Source: Thermoplasmatota archaeon (GTDB taxonomy: Archaea; Thermoplasmatota; JAKEGO01). From it: a DNA stretch of 64,000 nt. Position 1 is the stretch's first letter; the number at the start of each line of letters is the position of its first letter. The position numbers were made by a program, and so were the translations under genes. The notes beneath the pieces were generated by a model. It was not told the DNA's origin. It ran no database searches and saw only the letters and a list, made by a program, of their open reading frames with translations. Positions 1-15,000 of the stretch are shown here, piece after piece. Location of the stretch: assembly GCA_028279595.1 (NCBI GenBank), contig JANQNK010000020.1:224001-288000 (forward strand), in the 5' to 3' direction.

Positions 1-3000
1 CGTCCTCAGGACCGGCATCAGGATCCTCAAGGAAGGACCCGGGACGGCCCTGGTAGGCGAGACCATCACATACACAGTGACGATCTGGAACACCGGCGAG
101 GTACCCCTCTACATAACGAAGGCATACGACGGCCTACTTCAGGAGGATATGGTCACGCTCGTCTCACCAAATCCGATCCCGGTCGGCGGATCGACGTCGT
201 TCACCTATACGTGGACCGTCTCGCACGACGACAATGACCCGCTCATCAACGAGATCCGCATCTGGAGCGAGAACTCCAACGGCGGCGACGAGCGCTATGT
301 GACCTACTGGATATCTACCGACATCAAGTACACCGGTGTCGAGATCACGAAGACCGGCCCGACCGATGCGGTCGTCGGCGAGGAGATCGCCTACACCATC
401 GTGGTGACCAACACCGGCGAGGTGGACCTGACGATAACCTACCTCTGGGACAGCCTGCTGGGAGACCTCAGCGGATACATCACCGACGGTGAGATCACCG
501 TGGGAGAGGAGTTCGAGACCATAATCTACGACTACACGATCACGACCGACGACACCGATCCGCTCTACAACGAGGTCACCGTGATCGGCGAGAACGATGT
601 CGGCGGCGACGAGGTCACCGACAGCGCCGACCACACCGTGGACATCCATTACACCGGCGTGTTGATCGAGAAGACCGGACCCGCGACCGCGGAGGTATGG
701 GAGACCATCACCTACGAGGTCACCGTTACGAACATCGGAGACACTGACCTGTACATAGACGAACTCGAGGATACCATCATCGGCGATCTCAGCGGATACA
801 TATCCGATCAGGTCATAACCGTCGAGGAAGGGTCCGAGACCTTCACCTACACATACAAGGTCACCGACGAGTACGATCCGCTCATCAACGAGATCACTGT
901 CGAGGGCAGCAACTACGAAGGTGGAGAGACCGTGACCGCCACGGACGACCACTCTGTCGACCTGCTGCGCACAGGTGTCGAGATAACCAAGACCGGACCT
1001 TCGACCGCGATCGTCGGCGAGACGATCACCTACACCGTGACGATCGAGAACACCGGTGAGGTGGACCTCCACGTCACCTCGCTCATGGACACCCTCCTGG
1101 GCGACGTGAGCGGTTACCTCGACGACCTCGTTATCGCCTACGGAGAGACCGATACGATCACCTACCAGCATACTGTGACATCGACCTTCGATCCGCTCCC
1201 GAACGGCATCAACATCAATGTGGAGAACCAGTACGAGAGCGACTGGATAAGCGACAACGACGACCACTCGGTCGACATCCTCAGGACCGGCATCGAGGTC
1301 ACGAAGACAGGACCGCAGACCGGAGAGGTGGGCGAGACGATCACCTACACCATCACCATCGACAACACTGGAGAAGTCGACCTGTACATCACTCAGTTCG
1401 ACGACTCGCTCCTGGGCGACCTACTCGACATCCTCGGCTACGGACCGTCCAATCCGCTCGTTGTCGAACCATTGATCGATTCATTCTTCGACATAACCTA
1501 CGAGATCGATATCGAGGACCCGGACCCACTCCCGAACACTGTCACCGTGACCGGTGTGAACGAGAAGGACGATGACCAGGTCACCGGCGGAGACGATCAT
1601 TCCGTCGACATCCTCAGAACGGGCATCGAAATCACGAAGGACGGCCCATCCTCTGCCGAGATGGGCGAGGTGATCGAGTACACGATAACCATCAAGAACA
1701 CGGGCCAGGTGGACCTGTACATCTACACGCTCTACGACAGCCTCCTGAACGACCTCACCAGCTACATCACCAACCCGATCGCGGCCGGCGCCACTGTCAC
1801 CTTCAACTACTACTATACGGTCACACACTCGGACGACGATCCCCTCGAGAACGGCATCTATGTCTCCGCATACAACTACTACGGAGCCGATGGAGTGGTG
1901 GACTACGACTCGCACACCTGCGACCTCAAGTACGCCCGCATGAGCATAGAGAAGACCGGACCGGCCACTGCCGAGGTGGGCGAGGAGATCATGTACACCA
2001 TCACCATCTACAACGACGGTGAGGTGGACCTGTACGTCTCCTACCTCTGGGACAGCTACGAGGGCGACCTGAGCGGCCTGATCACCGGCGGCGTGATCAC
2101 CGTGGCGGAAGGCTTCGAGACGATCACATACACAAGGATAGTATCCGGAGCCTACGACCCGATCTACAACGAGGTCGAGGTCATCGCTGACAACTACTAC
2201 GAGGGCGACGAGGTCACGGATACCGATTCGCACTCGGTGGACGTCCTCAGGACCGGTGTCGAGATCACCAAGACCGGACCGGCCACTGCAGAGGTCGGCG
2301 AGGAGATAACCTACACAGTGACCATAGAGAATACCGGCGAGGTAGACCTCTACATCTACGCGCTCTACGATTCACTCGTGGGCAGCCTGATGAGCCATAT
2401 TACGAACCCGCTCGCCCCTGGAGAGATAGTGACCATCACCTACACCTATACGGTGCAACAGGGCGACAGCGATCCTCTCGAGAACACGGTCACCGTCAGG
2501 AGCTACAACTGGTACCAGTCCGACGGAAGGATCGAGTCCGCGACCCACTCGGTAGACATCAAGTATACAGACGTCAGCATAACGAAGACGGGACCGACGG
2601 ACGCAGAACCCGGGGATACGATAACCTACACCATTACAGTATACAATGATGGTGAAGTGGACCTGTACATCGACTCCCTCATGGACTCGCTCCTCGGAGA
2701 CCTGATCCTCGAGATCAGCGACGGCAAGATAACCGTCGCCGAGGGCTACGAGACATTCACCTACGACTATCTGGTACTGTCCTCCGACCCGGACCCGTTG
2801 ATCAACACGATCACTGTCGTGGGATCGAACAGCAATGACGACGATACCGTAACCGACACCGCAAGCCACGAGGTCGACCTTCAGAAGGTCGACTTCACGA
2901 TCGAGAAGACCGGACCGGAGACCGCGGAGGTGTGGGAGCAGATCACCTACACGGTCAGGATCACGAATACTGGAGACACGGACCTTTACGTCACCTACCT

Positions 3001-6000
3001 GGACGACGACATCATTGGCGACCTCAGTGGCAGCGTCGATCCCAACCCGATACCTGTTGGCGAGTATGCAGAATTCACGTATCTGTACACCGTCACCGCA
3101 GAATGGGATCCGCTGATCAACGAGATCACCATGACCGGCGAGAACGAACTGGGCGAGGATGAGATCACGAAATCAGATACACACTCGGTCGACCTCCTGC
3201 GCACCGGCGTCGAGATATACAAGGAAGGCCCCGACATCGCCATGGTGGGACAGGAGATCACGTACACCGTTACGGTCGTGAACACAGGCGAGGTCGACTA
3301 CTACGTGACCTACCTCGATGACACGCTGATCGGGGATGTCAGCGGTTACATCACCGACGATGTCATCACCCTCAGCGAGGGTTCCGAGACATTCTCATAC
3401 ACGCATACTGTAACGGCCCAGTACGATCCACTACCGAACGCCGTGAACGTGAACGGGCAGAACCAGTTCGGAAGCGACTGGGTCAGCGACTCCGATGGAC
3501 ACTCCTGCGACATCCTGCATCCAGGCGTCGAGATAACGAAGACCGGACCCGAGGAGGCCCTCGTCGGCGAGGAGATCACCTACACGATACGGGTGACCAA
3601 CACCGGTGAGACCGATCTGTACATCACGAGCCTGTATGACTCGATCCTCGGTGACATCAGCAGCTACGTCGACGGCGGCGTTGTGACGCTGGCCGAGGAA
3701 TATGACGAGTTCGACGTGACCTACGTGGTTCCGCAGAGCACACCCGATCCGCTCGTGAACGAGGTCACAGTTGTTGGGACCACGATCCACGGCGGCGAAT
3801 CGGTGACTGCTTCGGCCTCTCACGAGGTCGACATACTCTACACTGGAGTCCGGATCATCAAGACCGGACCCTTGGATGCAGAGGTCGGTGAGACGATCAC
3901 ATACGAGGTCACCGTCTACAACACTGGCGAGGTCACACTGTACATCACATCGCTGACGGACACCCTCGTGGGCAACCTGAGGGATGAGATCAGCGGCTAC
4001 ATGATAACCGTGGCCGAGGGTTCCGAGACGTTCACCTACACATACACCGTGACCGACACCTGGGACCCGCTCGTCAACACCATCACCGTAAACGGCGAGA
4101 ACATGTACGATGCGAACCCGGTTACCGATTCATCCACGGTCTCCGTGGACGTCCTGAGGACCGGCGTCGAGATATACAAGACCGGACCCTTGGAGGCCGA
4201 GATAGGCGAGACGATCACCTACGAGATAACCGTGATCAATACCGGTGATGTGACCCTATACATCACATCCCTCGAGGACACCCTCGGTGGAGACCTGACC
4301 GGTTACCTCGCAAGCTTGGAGCTGGCGGCCGGCGCCTACGACATCTTCACGTACACCTACACCGTCCTGGCCACGGACCCAGACCCGCTGGGCAACACCG
4401 TCACGATAGAGGGATGGAACCAGTACGACAGCGACCCGGTCAGCGATACCGACGGACATTCGGTGGACATCCTCCGCACTGGAGTAAGGATAGAGAAGAC
4501 CGGTCCGACGACCGCGGAGGTCGGACAGACGATAATGTACACCATCGTCGTGACCAACACCGGCGAGGTGGACCTGCATCTGACCAGCCTGAGCGACACG
4601 CTGGGCGGCGATCTGTTAGGTCAGATCAGCGGCAGTGTCATCACGACTGGAGAGGTCTCCGAGACGGTCTATTACTACCACACGGTCGGGTCCACACCGG
4701 ACCCACTCCCGAACACGGTGACAGTCACCGGTTGGAACTCCCATGACATGGACCAGGTATCTGCCGAGGACAGCCACTCCGTTGACGTCCTTCACGCAGG
4801 CATCAGTATCGAGAAGAGCGGTCCGGAGACAGCCGAGGTCGGCGAGACCATAACGTACACAGTAACAATGACGAACACTGGCGAGGTCGACCTGTACATC
4901 GATTACCTCTGGGACCTGCTGGTGGGAGACCAGCTCTGGCAGATAACCAATCCGTTGGAGCCAGGCGATTCGGTCACCTTCACATACCAGTACACGGTAC
5001 AGCAGAACGACGAGGACAATCTGTACAATTGGATATACGTCGAGGCTTACAACCAGTACCAGTCGGACTTCGTGTACGATTACGAGGAGGTCTGGGTGGA
5101 CATCCTCTACACCGGCGTGACCATCGAGAAGACCGGACCTGAGACCGCAGAGGTCGGAGAGACGATAGAGTACGAGGTGACCATCACCAACACCGGCGAG
5201 GTCGACCTTTACATAACCTATCTCTGGGACTCGCTCGTGGGCGATGTGAGCGGACTCATAACCAATCCGATCGCCTCTGGAACCTCCGTGACCATCTACT
5301 ACTACTACACCGTCCAGCAGGACGACCCCGATCCGCTCGTGAACGAGATATGGCTCAGGGCCTGGAACCAGTACCAGAGCGACCCGCAGGGCGGACACGA
5401 CACGCACTCCGTCGACATCCTCTACACCGCCATATCCATAGAGAAGACCGGACCCACGGACGCCGAGATCGGCGAGGAGATAACCTACACCATTACGATA
5501 TACAACGACGGCGAGGTCGATCTGAAGATAACGTACCTCTACGACACGCTCCTGGGCAACCTCCTGAGCGAGATCCCCAGCGGCGTCGTGACCTATGCCG
5601 ATGGAAGCTATTCCTTCGACTACACCTACACTGTCCTGTTGAGCGACGACGACCCACTGCCGAACGTGATCACCGTCACAGCGACCAACCTGTACGACAG
5701 CGATCCCGTCGGCGACGAGGACGACCATTCCGTCAACCTCAAGTACACCGGCGTCGAGATCACGAAGACCGGACCCGCCATCGGCGAGGTCGACGAGACG
5801 ATCACCTACACCATAACCATCGAGAACACCGGCGAGGTGGACCTCTACATAACCGACCTGGACGACACCCTCCTGGGTGACCTGATCGGAGAGATAACCA
5901 ATCCGATCGCACCGGGCGACACCTTCTCCTTCGACTACGACTACACCATCGTCCTGGGCGACGAGGACCCACTCCCGAACGTCGTAACGGTCATCGCGAC

Positions 6001-9000
6001 GAACGAGTTCGGCGGGAACGAGGTCACGGACCTGGCCCGCTGGTTCGTGGACATCCCGTACACCGGGATCGAGATCACGAAGACCGGACCATCGACCGGG
6101 GAGGTAGGCGAGACCATCACCTACACGATCAAGGTGGACAACACCGGAGAGGTGGACCTGTACGTCACCTCACTCGACGACACCCTCCTGGGTGATCTCC
6201 TCGACGAGATCAGCGACGGCATCATAACCACGACCGAGGACTACGAGGAGTTCACCTACGAGTACACGATCAAGGACACGGACGCGAATCCGCTTCCGAA
6301 CGTGATAACCGGTGAGGGCGAGAACCAGTACGGCGGCGACTACGTCATCGATTCCGCGGCCCATCAGGTCGAGATCCTGTACACGGGCATGGAGGTCTGG
6401 AAGGAAGGGCCGTACAACGCCGAGATCGGAGAGACCATCACCTACACCATATACATCAAGAACACCGGAGATGTCGATCTGGAGATCACAGACATCGACG
6501 ACACCCTCCTGGGCGACCTGACGAGCGAGGTCACCGGTGCGATCGCACCGGGAGCGACCTTCTCCTTCGATTACGACTACACCGTCCTCGAGACCGATCC
6601 CAACCCGATCTGGAACACCGTTACCGTCAAGGCCACCAACCAATACGACGAGGACCCGGTCCAGGACTCGGACTACTGGGGCGTCCAGCTCCTCTATACC
6701 GGCGTAGAGATCGAGAAGTCCGGACCGCTCACAGCTGAGATAGGCGAGACCATCACATACACCATTACGGTGACCAACACCGGTGGTGTGGACCTGCACC
6801 TGACCGAACTCGATGACACGGTCCTTGGAGACCTCCTCTACAAGATCAGTGACGCCAAGATCACGGTCGCAGAGGGCTCCGAGACCTTCACCTACGACTA
6901 CACCATACCCGACCCGACCTCTGAACCATTGGACAACACGATCACCGTCACCGCCACGAACCAGTACGGCGGCGACGAGGTGACGGACACGGCGAGCCAT
7001 AGCGTCGACCTGATGTACACCGGCGTCGAGATCGAGAAATCCGGTCCGACGACGGCCGAGGTGGGCGAGACCATAACCTACCAGATAGTCGTGAGGAACA
7101 CCGGAGAGGTCGACCTTCACATCAGCTCGCTGACCGATGACATCCTTGGCAACCTTATCGGATACCTTGCCAGCACCACCATCGCGGCCGGCGACTACGA
7201 CTACTTCGACGTCGACCACGTCGTCGAGGCCACACCGGACCATCTGATCAACACCGTGACTGTCGTCGGCGACAACCAGTACGACGCCGACGAGGTGACG
7301 GACGATGCGTCCCACGAGTGCGACGTGCTGAGGACCGGAGTGACCATCGAGAAGACCGGACCTGCGACCGCCGAGATCGGCGAGGTGATCAAGTACACGA
7401 TAACCGTGACGAACACCGGCGAGGTGGACCTCTACGTGACCATCGACGACACCCTCCTGGGAGACATCACCGCTGGTATAACCGGCGGCGTGGTCACGAC
7501 CCTCGAGGGTTCTGAGTCCTTCGACTACTACTATGTCGTCCAGTGGGACGATCCCGACTTCCTGGAGAACGAGGTCACAGTGACCGGCAAGAACGTCGAG
7601 GGCGAAGATAAGGTCACTGATACCGACGACCACGAAGTGGACCTGCTCTACACCGGTGTGACCATCGAGAAGACCGGACCGACGACCGCGGAGATAGGCG
7701 AGACCATCACCTACTACGTGACGATAACCAACACCGGCGAGGTACCGCTGTACATCGACTATCTCGACGACTCGCTTGTCGGCGACGTCAGCGGACTGGT
7801 CAGCCAGCCGATCGCTGTCGGGACATCCCAGACCATATCCTACGAATACACCGTCCTGGAGAACGACCCCGACTGGCTCGAGAACACGATCCGCCTGAGG
7901 GTGTTCAACAGGAACCAGATGGACGCGAAGGTCGTCTCCGACAGCCACTCAGTCGACCTGCTGTACACGGGCGTCGAGATAACGAAGACCGGACCCGACT
8001 ACGCTGAGGTGGGCCAGACCATCACCTACACCATAACCATCAAGAACACCGGCGAGGTCGATCTGTACGTCTACTGGCTCTACGACTCCCTCCTGGGAAG
8101 CCTGCTTGGCGAGATCACGAACCCGATCGCACCCGGCGCAACCGTCAGCTTCGACTACGACTACACCGTCCTCTGGACCGATCCGACGAGCCTGTACAAC
8201 AGCATCACCCTCTACGCATACAACTATTACGAGGCCAACGTGCGCATGGATTCAGATGACCACACAGTGACACTGCTGTACGCGGACGTCGAGATAACGA
8301 AGACCGGACCGACGGACGCGGAGATCGGCGAGACGATAACCTACACGATCCGCGTGACAAACACCGGCAACGTCGACCTGACCATCACGACGCTCTACGA
8401 CACCCTCCTGGGCGACCTCAGCGGTGAGATCACCGACGGCGTGATCACGACCACCGAGGGCTACGAGGAGTTCACCTACGATTACACTGTCAAGCAGACC
8501 GACACCGATCCTCTCCCGAACGAGATCGAGGTCGTGGCGACCAACCAGTACGGCACTGACACGGTCAGCGATGAGGCCAGCCATTCGGTGAACCTCAAGT
8601 ACACCGGAATGGAGGTCACCAAGACCGGACCTGCGACCGCCGAGATCATGGAGTACATCACGTGGACCATATCCATCGAGAACACCGGCGAGGTGGACCT
8701 CTACATAACATCCCTCGACGACACGATGTTCGGTGATATCCTGGACACGCTCGGATACGACGAGCTGAACCCGCTGGTCATCGCTCCGGGCGACACCTGG
8801 ACGGTCACCATCTCGAAGAACATATTCTCCTCGACGGACGATCCCATCGAGAACACCGTGACCGTCACAGCGACGAACCAGTACGACTCCGATCCGCAGG
8901 AAGGTGCAGACAGCCACGAGGTCGACGTCCTCTGGGCGAGCATCAAGATCGACAAGTCCGCGGTCGGAACCGCGCAGATCGGTCAGACGATCACCTACAC

Positions 9001-12000
9001 CATCGTGATAACTAACGACGGCGAGGTTGACCTAGACATAACATATCTCTGGGACACACTCCTGGGCGACCTGAGCACATATCTCAGCACCGGATCGATC
9101 GCTGCGGGCACCTCGGAGACCATCACGGTGACCTACCTGGTGACAGACGAGTACGACCCGATCGAGAACACCGTGACGGTCAAGGCATGGAACCAGTTCG
9201 AGGCCGACCAGGTGGAGGCGTCCGACGACCACTCCTGCGACCTTCTGAGGACCGGAATGACGATGGAGAAGACCGGCCCAGCGACCGTCGAGATCGGCGA
9301 GACCGTCTACTGGGACTACCTTGTGACCAACACCGGCGAGGTACCGATCTACCTGACCCACGTCGATGAGGTACTGATCGAGGATTGGTACTGGCCCACG
9401 CCATTCTACATCGGTGTCGGCGGTTCCCAGTCGTTCTACTGGGGCAGTGGATACACCGTGACCACAGCTGATGACGATCCGCTCGTCAACAGCGCTACGT
9501 TCTATGCAGATAACTACTACGGCGAGGACGAGGTCCAAAGCACTGACGACCATGAATCGGACATCCTCCGCACCGGCATCGAGGTCACGAAGACCGGACC
9601 GGAGGAGGCAGAGGTCGGAGAGACGATCACGTACACCATCACCGTGAAGAACACGGGAGAGGTGAACCTGTACGTGACCCTGATCGACTCGTACTACGGA
9701 GACCTGACAAGCTACCTCACCAACCCGCTCGCACCGGGCGAGACGCAGACCTTCGACTACGACCACACGATACTCTCGACCGACGACGACCCGCTCGTGA
9801 ACACCATCACCGCAAGCGGCGTGAACCAGTACCAGGCGGACCCGGTCTCAGACGAGGCCAGCCATACCGTCGAGATCCTCGGAACCGGGGTCGAGATCAC
9901 CAAGACCGGACCGACCACCGCCGAGGTGTGGGAGGAGATAGTCTACACCTACACCGTAACCAACACTGGCGAGGTGGACCTTTACATCAGTTCCATCGAC
10001 GACTCGCTCCACGGCGAACTGAAGAACTACATCAGCGGTGGCGTCATAACCCTGCTCGAGGGCTCCGAGACGTTCACCATCACCCACCAGGTGACACAGA
10101 CGCCCGATCCGCTGGTCGACGAGGTCACCGTATACGGTGAGAACTCGAACGGCGGTTCACAGGTCCAGTACTACGACGACCACACCGTCGATATCCTCTA
10201 CACCGGAGTCGAGATCACGAAGACCGGACCGGCCGAGGCAGAGGTGGGCGAGGAGATCACCTACACTGTGACCATCAAGAACACTGGCGAGGTGGACCTG
10301 TACGTCACATCGCTCATGGACACCCTCCTGGGCGACGTCAGCGGATACCTCGACGACCTGGTCATACCTGTCGGTGTGACCGATACGATCCAGTACACCC
10401 ACACCGTGACCTCGGTCTACGATCCGCTCCCGAACGGCATCAACATCAACGTGGAGAACCAGTACGAGAGTGACTGGAAGAGCGACAACGATGATCACTC
10501 CGTGGATATCCTCCGCACCTACCTGACTGTCGAGAAGACCGGACCGGCCGACGCGGAGATCGGTGAGACGATAACATACACCGTGACCCTGACCAACGAC
10601 GGCGAGGTCGAGCTGACGATAACGGGCATGGAGGACGACCTCGTCGATGACGTGTTCGACCTCCTGACCGACACCACCCTGGACGTCGGCGAGTCCGTAT
10701 CCATCTCGTACACGCACACCGTGGCCTACCTGGGCCCCGACCCACTGCTGAACACCGTTACAGTGACCGCCGAGAACCAGTACGGCGAGGACGAGGTCGA
10801 GGAGTCCGACGACCACTCGGTCGACATCCTGAGAACAGGCGTGGACATCCTGAAGGAAGGCCCCGACTTCGCAATGATCGGCGAGGTGATCACGTACACC
10901 ATTACAGTATACAATACTGGCGAGGTGGACCTCTACATCACCAAGCTCGAGGACAGCAACGTGGGCGACCTGAGCGGAGAGATCAGCGGCGGTGTCATCA
11001 CCGTGGAAGAGGGCTTCGAGGTCATCACCTACGAGTGGACCGTCACACTGGACGACGCGAACCCGCTCAAGAACCAGGTTGTCGTGATAGGCGTGAACCA
11101 GTACGGCAACGACCCGGTCGCTGACTCGTACTGCCACGGACTCTGGCTCCTCTACACTGGCGTCGAGATCGAGAAGGACGGACCCGAGGAGGCCGAGGTC
11201 GGCGAGGAGATAACCTACACCGTGACCATCGAGAACACCGGCGACGTCGACCTGTACATCACGTACCTCTACGACTCGCTCGTGGGCAGCCTGCTCGGCG
11301 AGATCACCAACCCGCTCGAGGAGGGCGACTCGGTGACCATCACCTACACCTACATCGTGACCGAGGACTACGATCCGCTCGTGAACACCATCACCGTGCG
11401 GGGAGTGAACTTCTACGAGGCCGACGAGCAGGAGGAGACCGCCACCCATAGCGTCGATGTGCTCAGGACCGATATCGACATCTGGAAGCAGAGTCCCGCC
11501 GACGCAAAGATCGGTGACAAGATAATCTACACCATAACGGTGTGGAACCTTGGCGAGGTGGACCTGTACATCACAGAACTCGAGGACTCGCTCCTGGGTG
11601 ACCTTAGCATCTACATCACTGGAGGCGTGGTCTCCGTCGCCGAGGGCAAGGAGGTCATCACCTACGAATACACTGTGACCGACGAGTACGAACCACTGAT
11701 CAACACGATCGAAGTGACCGCATGGAACCAGTACGACTCCGACGAGGTATCGGATGCGGCAAGGTCCGAGGTCGAGATACTCCGCACGGACGTCGAGATC
11801 GTGAAGACCGGCCCCGAGACCGCCGAGCTAGGTGAGACGATCGAATACGAGGTCACCATAACCAACACCGGAGACGTCGACCTCTACATCACGTACCTCT
11901 ACGACTCGCTCGTGGGCGACCTGCTCGACGAGATCACAAATCCGCTCGAGCCGGGCGACTCGGTGACCTTCACGTACGAATACACGGTCAAGACGACCGA

Positions 12001-15000
12001 CCAGACCCCGCTCGAGAACACCATCGAGGTCAGGGGCTGGAACTGCCACGAGCTTGACCCGACATCCGACGAGGACAGCCACTCGGTCGACCTGCTCAGG
12101 ACCGGCGTGAGGATCACGAAGGACGGACCGGACGACGCTGAGATCGGCGAGACGATAATCTATACCATCGTGGTCTACAACACGGGTAACGTCGATCTGC
12201 ACATCACCTACCTCTGGGACAGCCTCCTGGGAGACCTCAGCGGCGAGATCAGCGGCGGTGTGATAACCGTTGCCGAGGGTTCCGAGACGATAACATACGA
12301 GTATACGGTCACTGACGAAGATCCGGACGAACTCGATAACACAGTGACCGTCAGAGGCACGAACGAGTTCGGCGAGGACGAGGTCGAGGACGATGCCAGC
12401 CACACCGTCGACCTGCTCTACACATCCATGGAGATATGGAAGGAAGGTCCGGAGACCGCTGAGATCGGCGAGACCATCTACTACAAGGTATATATCCAGA
12501 ACATTGGTGAGGTCGATCTCTACGTGACGCTGATCGACGATGACCCATGGGGAGATCTGCTGGCTGCGATCGGCCAATCGCCGACCGATCCGTGGATAGT
12601 ACCGGTCGGTCAGACCTCTTGGATAACCTACACTCACATCGTGACAACGAGCGATCCTGATCCGCTCATAAACACCGTGACCGTCGAGGCAGAGAACCAG
12701 TACGGTGCCGACCCGCAGGACGGAGAGGACAGCCATTCAACCGACATCCTTCGCACCGGAATGGAGGTCACCAAGACCGGACCGGACAACGCCGAGATCA
12801 TGGAGTACATAACCTACACCATCACCATCGAGAACACCGGCCAGGTGGACCTGTACATCACCGAGCTCGACGACTCGATGTTCGGCGACCTCCTGGACAG
12901 CTGGGGATACGATGAACTGAACCCGCTGATCATTGAACCGGGAGACACCTGGACCGTCTACATCTCGTTCAATGTGTTCACGTCGCACTCCGATCCGATC
13001 CTGAACACCGTGACCGTCACTGGTACGAACCAGTACGGTGCGGACCCACAGGAGGATTCCGACAGTCATGAGACCGATATCCTCCGGGCGAGCATTGATA
13101 TCGACAAGTCCGCCGTCGAGACCGCGCAGATCGGTCAGACGATCACCTACACCATAGTCATAACGAACGACGGCGAGGTCGATCTCGACATCACCTATCT
13201 GTGGGACACCCTCCTGGGGGACCTGAGCAGCTACCTGAGCACAGGCTCGATCGCAGCTGGAACGTCCGAGACGATCTACGTCACCTACCTGGTGACCGAC
13301 GAGTACGACCCGATCGAGAACACCGTGACCGTCAGGGCATGGAACCAGTATGATGCAGATCAGGTCGAGGCATCCGACGACCATTCCTGTGACCTGCTCA
13401 GGACTGGAATGACGATGGAGAAGACCGGACCGGCGACCGTCGAGATCGGTGAGACCGTCTACTGGAACTACCATGTGACCAACACGGGCGAGGTCCCGAT
13501 CTACCTCACGCACGTCGATGAGGTACTGATCGAGGACTGGTACTGGCCTACGCCCTACTACATAGGTGTCGGCGGTTCCCAGACCTTCTACTGGATCGGC
13601 GGATACACCGTGACCACGGCTGACGACGATCCGCTCGTCAACAGCGCTACCTTCTACGCAGATAACTACTACGGCGAGGACGAGGTCCAAAGCACTGACA
13701 GCCATAGTTCGGACGTCCTCCGCTCCGACATCACCATCGAGAAGACAGGACCCGCGACGGCCGAGGTCGGCGAGGAGATAACCTACGAAGTGACCATCAC
13801 CAACGACGGCGAGGTCGACCTCGAGATAACATACCTCTACGATTCGCTCGTGGGCAGCCTGCTCGGTGAACTGACGACGGGTTGGATATCCGCCGGTTCC
13901 TCCGAGACCATCACATACACCTACACCGTGCTCTCCACGGATGACACGCCACTCGAGAACACCATCACCGTGACCGGTCAGAACCAGTACGGCGAGGACG
14001 AGGTCTCCGCCGAGGACGACCACTCCGTCGCACTGCTCAAGACCGGCGTGAGGATCGAGAAGTACGGACCGACGACCGCTGAGCTGGGCCAGACCATCAC
14101 CTACACGATACGCGTGACCAACACAGGGAATGTGGATCTGACCATCACCGACCTTGACGACACCCTCCTGGGCGACCTTTACAGTGAGATCAGCGGCGGT
14201 GTGATAACTACCACGGAGGGCTTCGAGCAGTTCACCTATGACTACACCGTCACATCCGCTGATACCGATCCGCTCGGTAACACGATAACAGTCGACGCCA
14301 CCAACCAGTTTGGCGGCGACCCCGTAAGCGCTTCCGACAGCCACTCCGTCGACATCCTTTACGCCGATCTGAGCATCGAGAAATCGGCCCTGACCACCGC
14401 GCAGGTGGGTCAGACCCTCACATACACCTTCGTGATAACGAACGACGGCGAGGTCGATCTCGATGTGACGTACTTCTTCGATAGCCTCCTGGGCAACCTG
14501 ATCGGATACCTGGACACTGGAACGATCGCCGCAGGAACATCGGAGACGATAACCGTCGATCATCTGGTGACCGATGTCTACGACCCGATCTACAACTATG
14601 TCACCATCACGGCATGGAACCAGTACGACAGTGATGCTCAGAGCGATAGTGACTCCCATACGTGTGATCTGCTGCGTACAGGCATCGATGTCGCGAAGAC
14701 CGGACCCGCGACCGCGGAGGTCGGCGAGCAATACTACTACACATACACAGTATACAACACAGGGGAGGTCACCCTGTACTTCGATACGATCCAGGACACC
14801 CTCAAGGGTGACTTCACCTGGACGACCCCGTTCGCGGTCCCGGTCGGTGGAAATCAAGTGATCCTGTGGACCTACACCGCCACCGATGAGTTCGACCCGA
14901 TAGAGAACACCGCTACATTCACCGGATGGAACGAGTACGATGAGGACGAGGTCACGGACTCGGACGACCATGAAGTCGACCTTCTCCGGACGAACATCGA

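Noticed and set aside
77-79. GTG at 77 as the true start of the giant protein
   Set aside because: It falls mid-repeat, the frame is open to the window edge, and no signal peptide follows.
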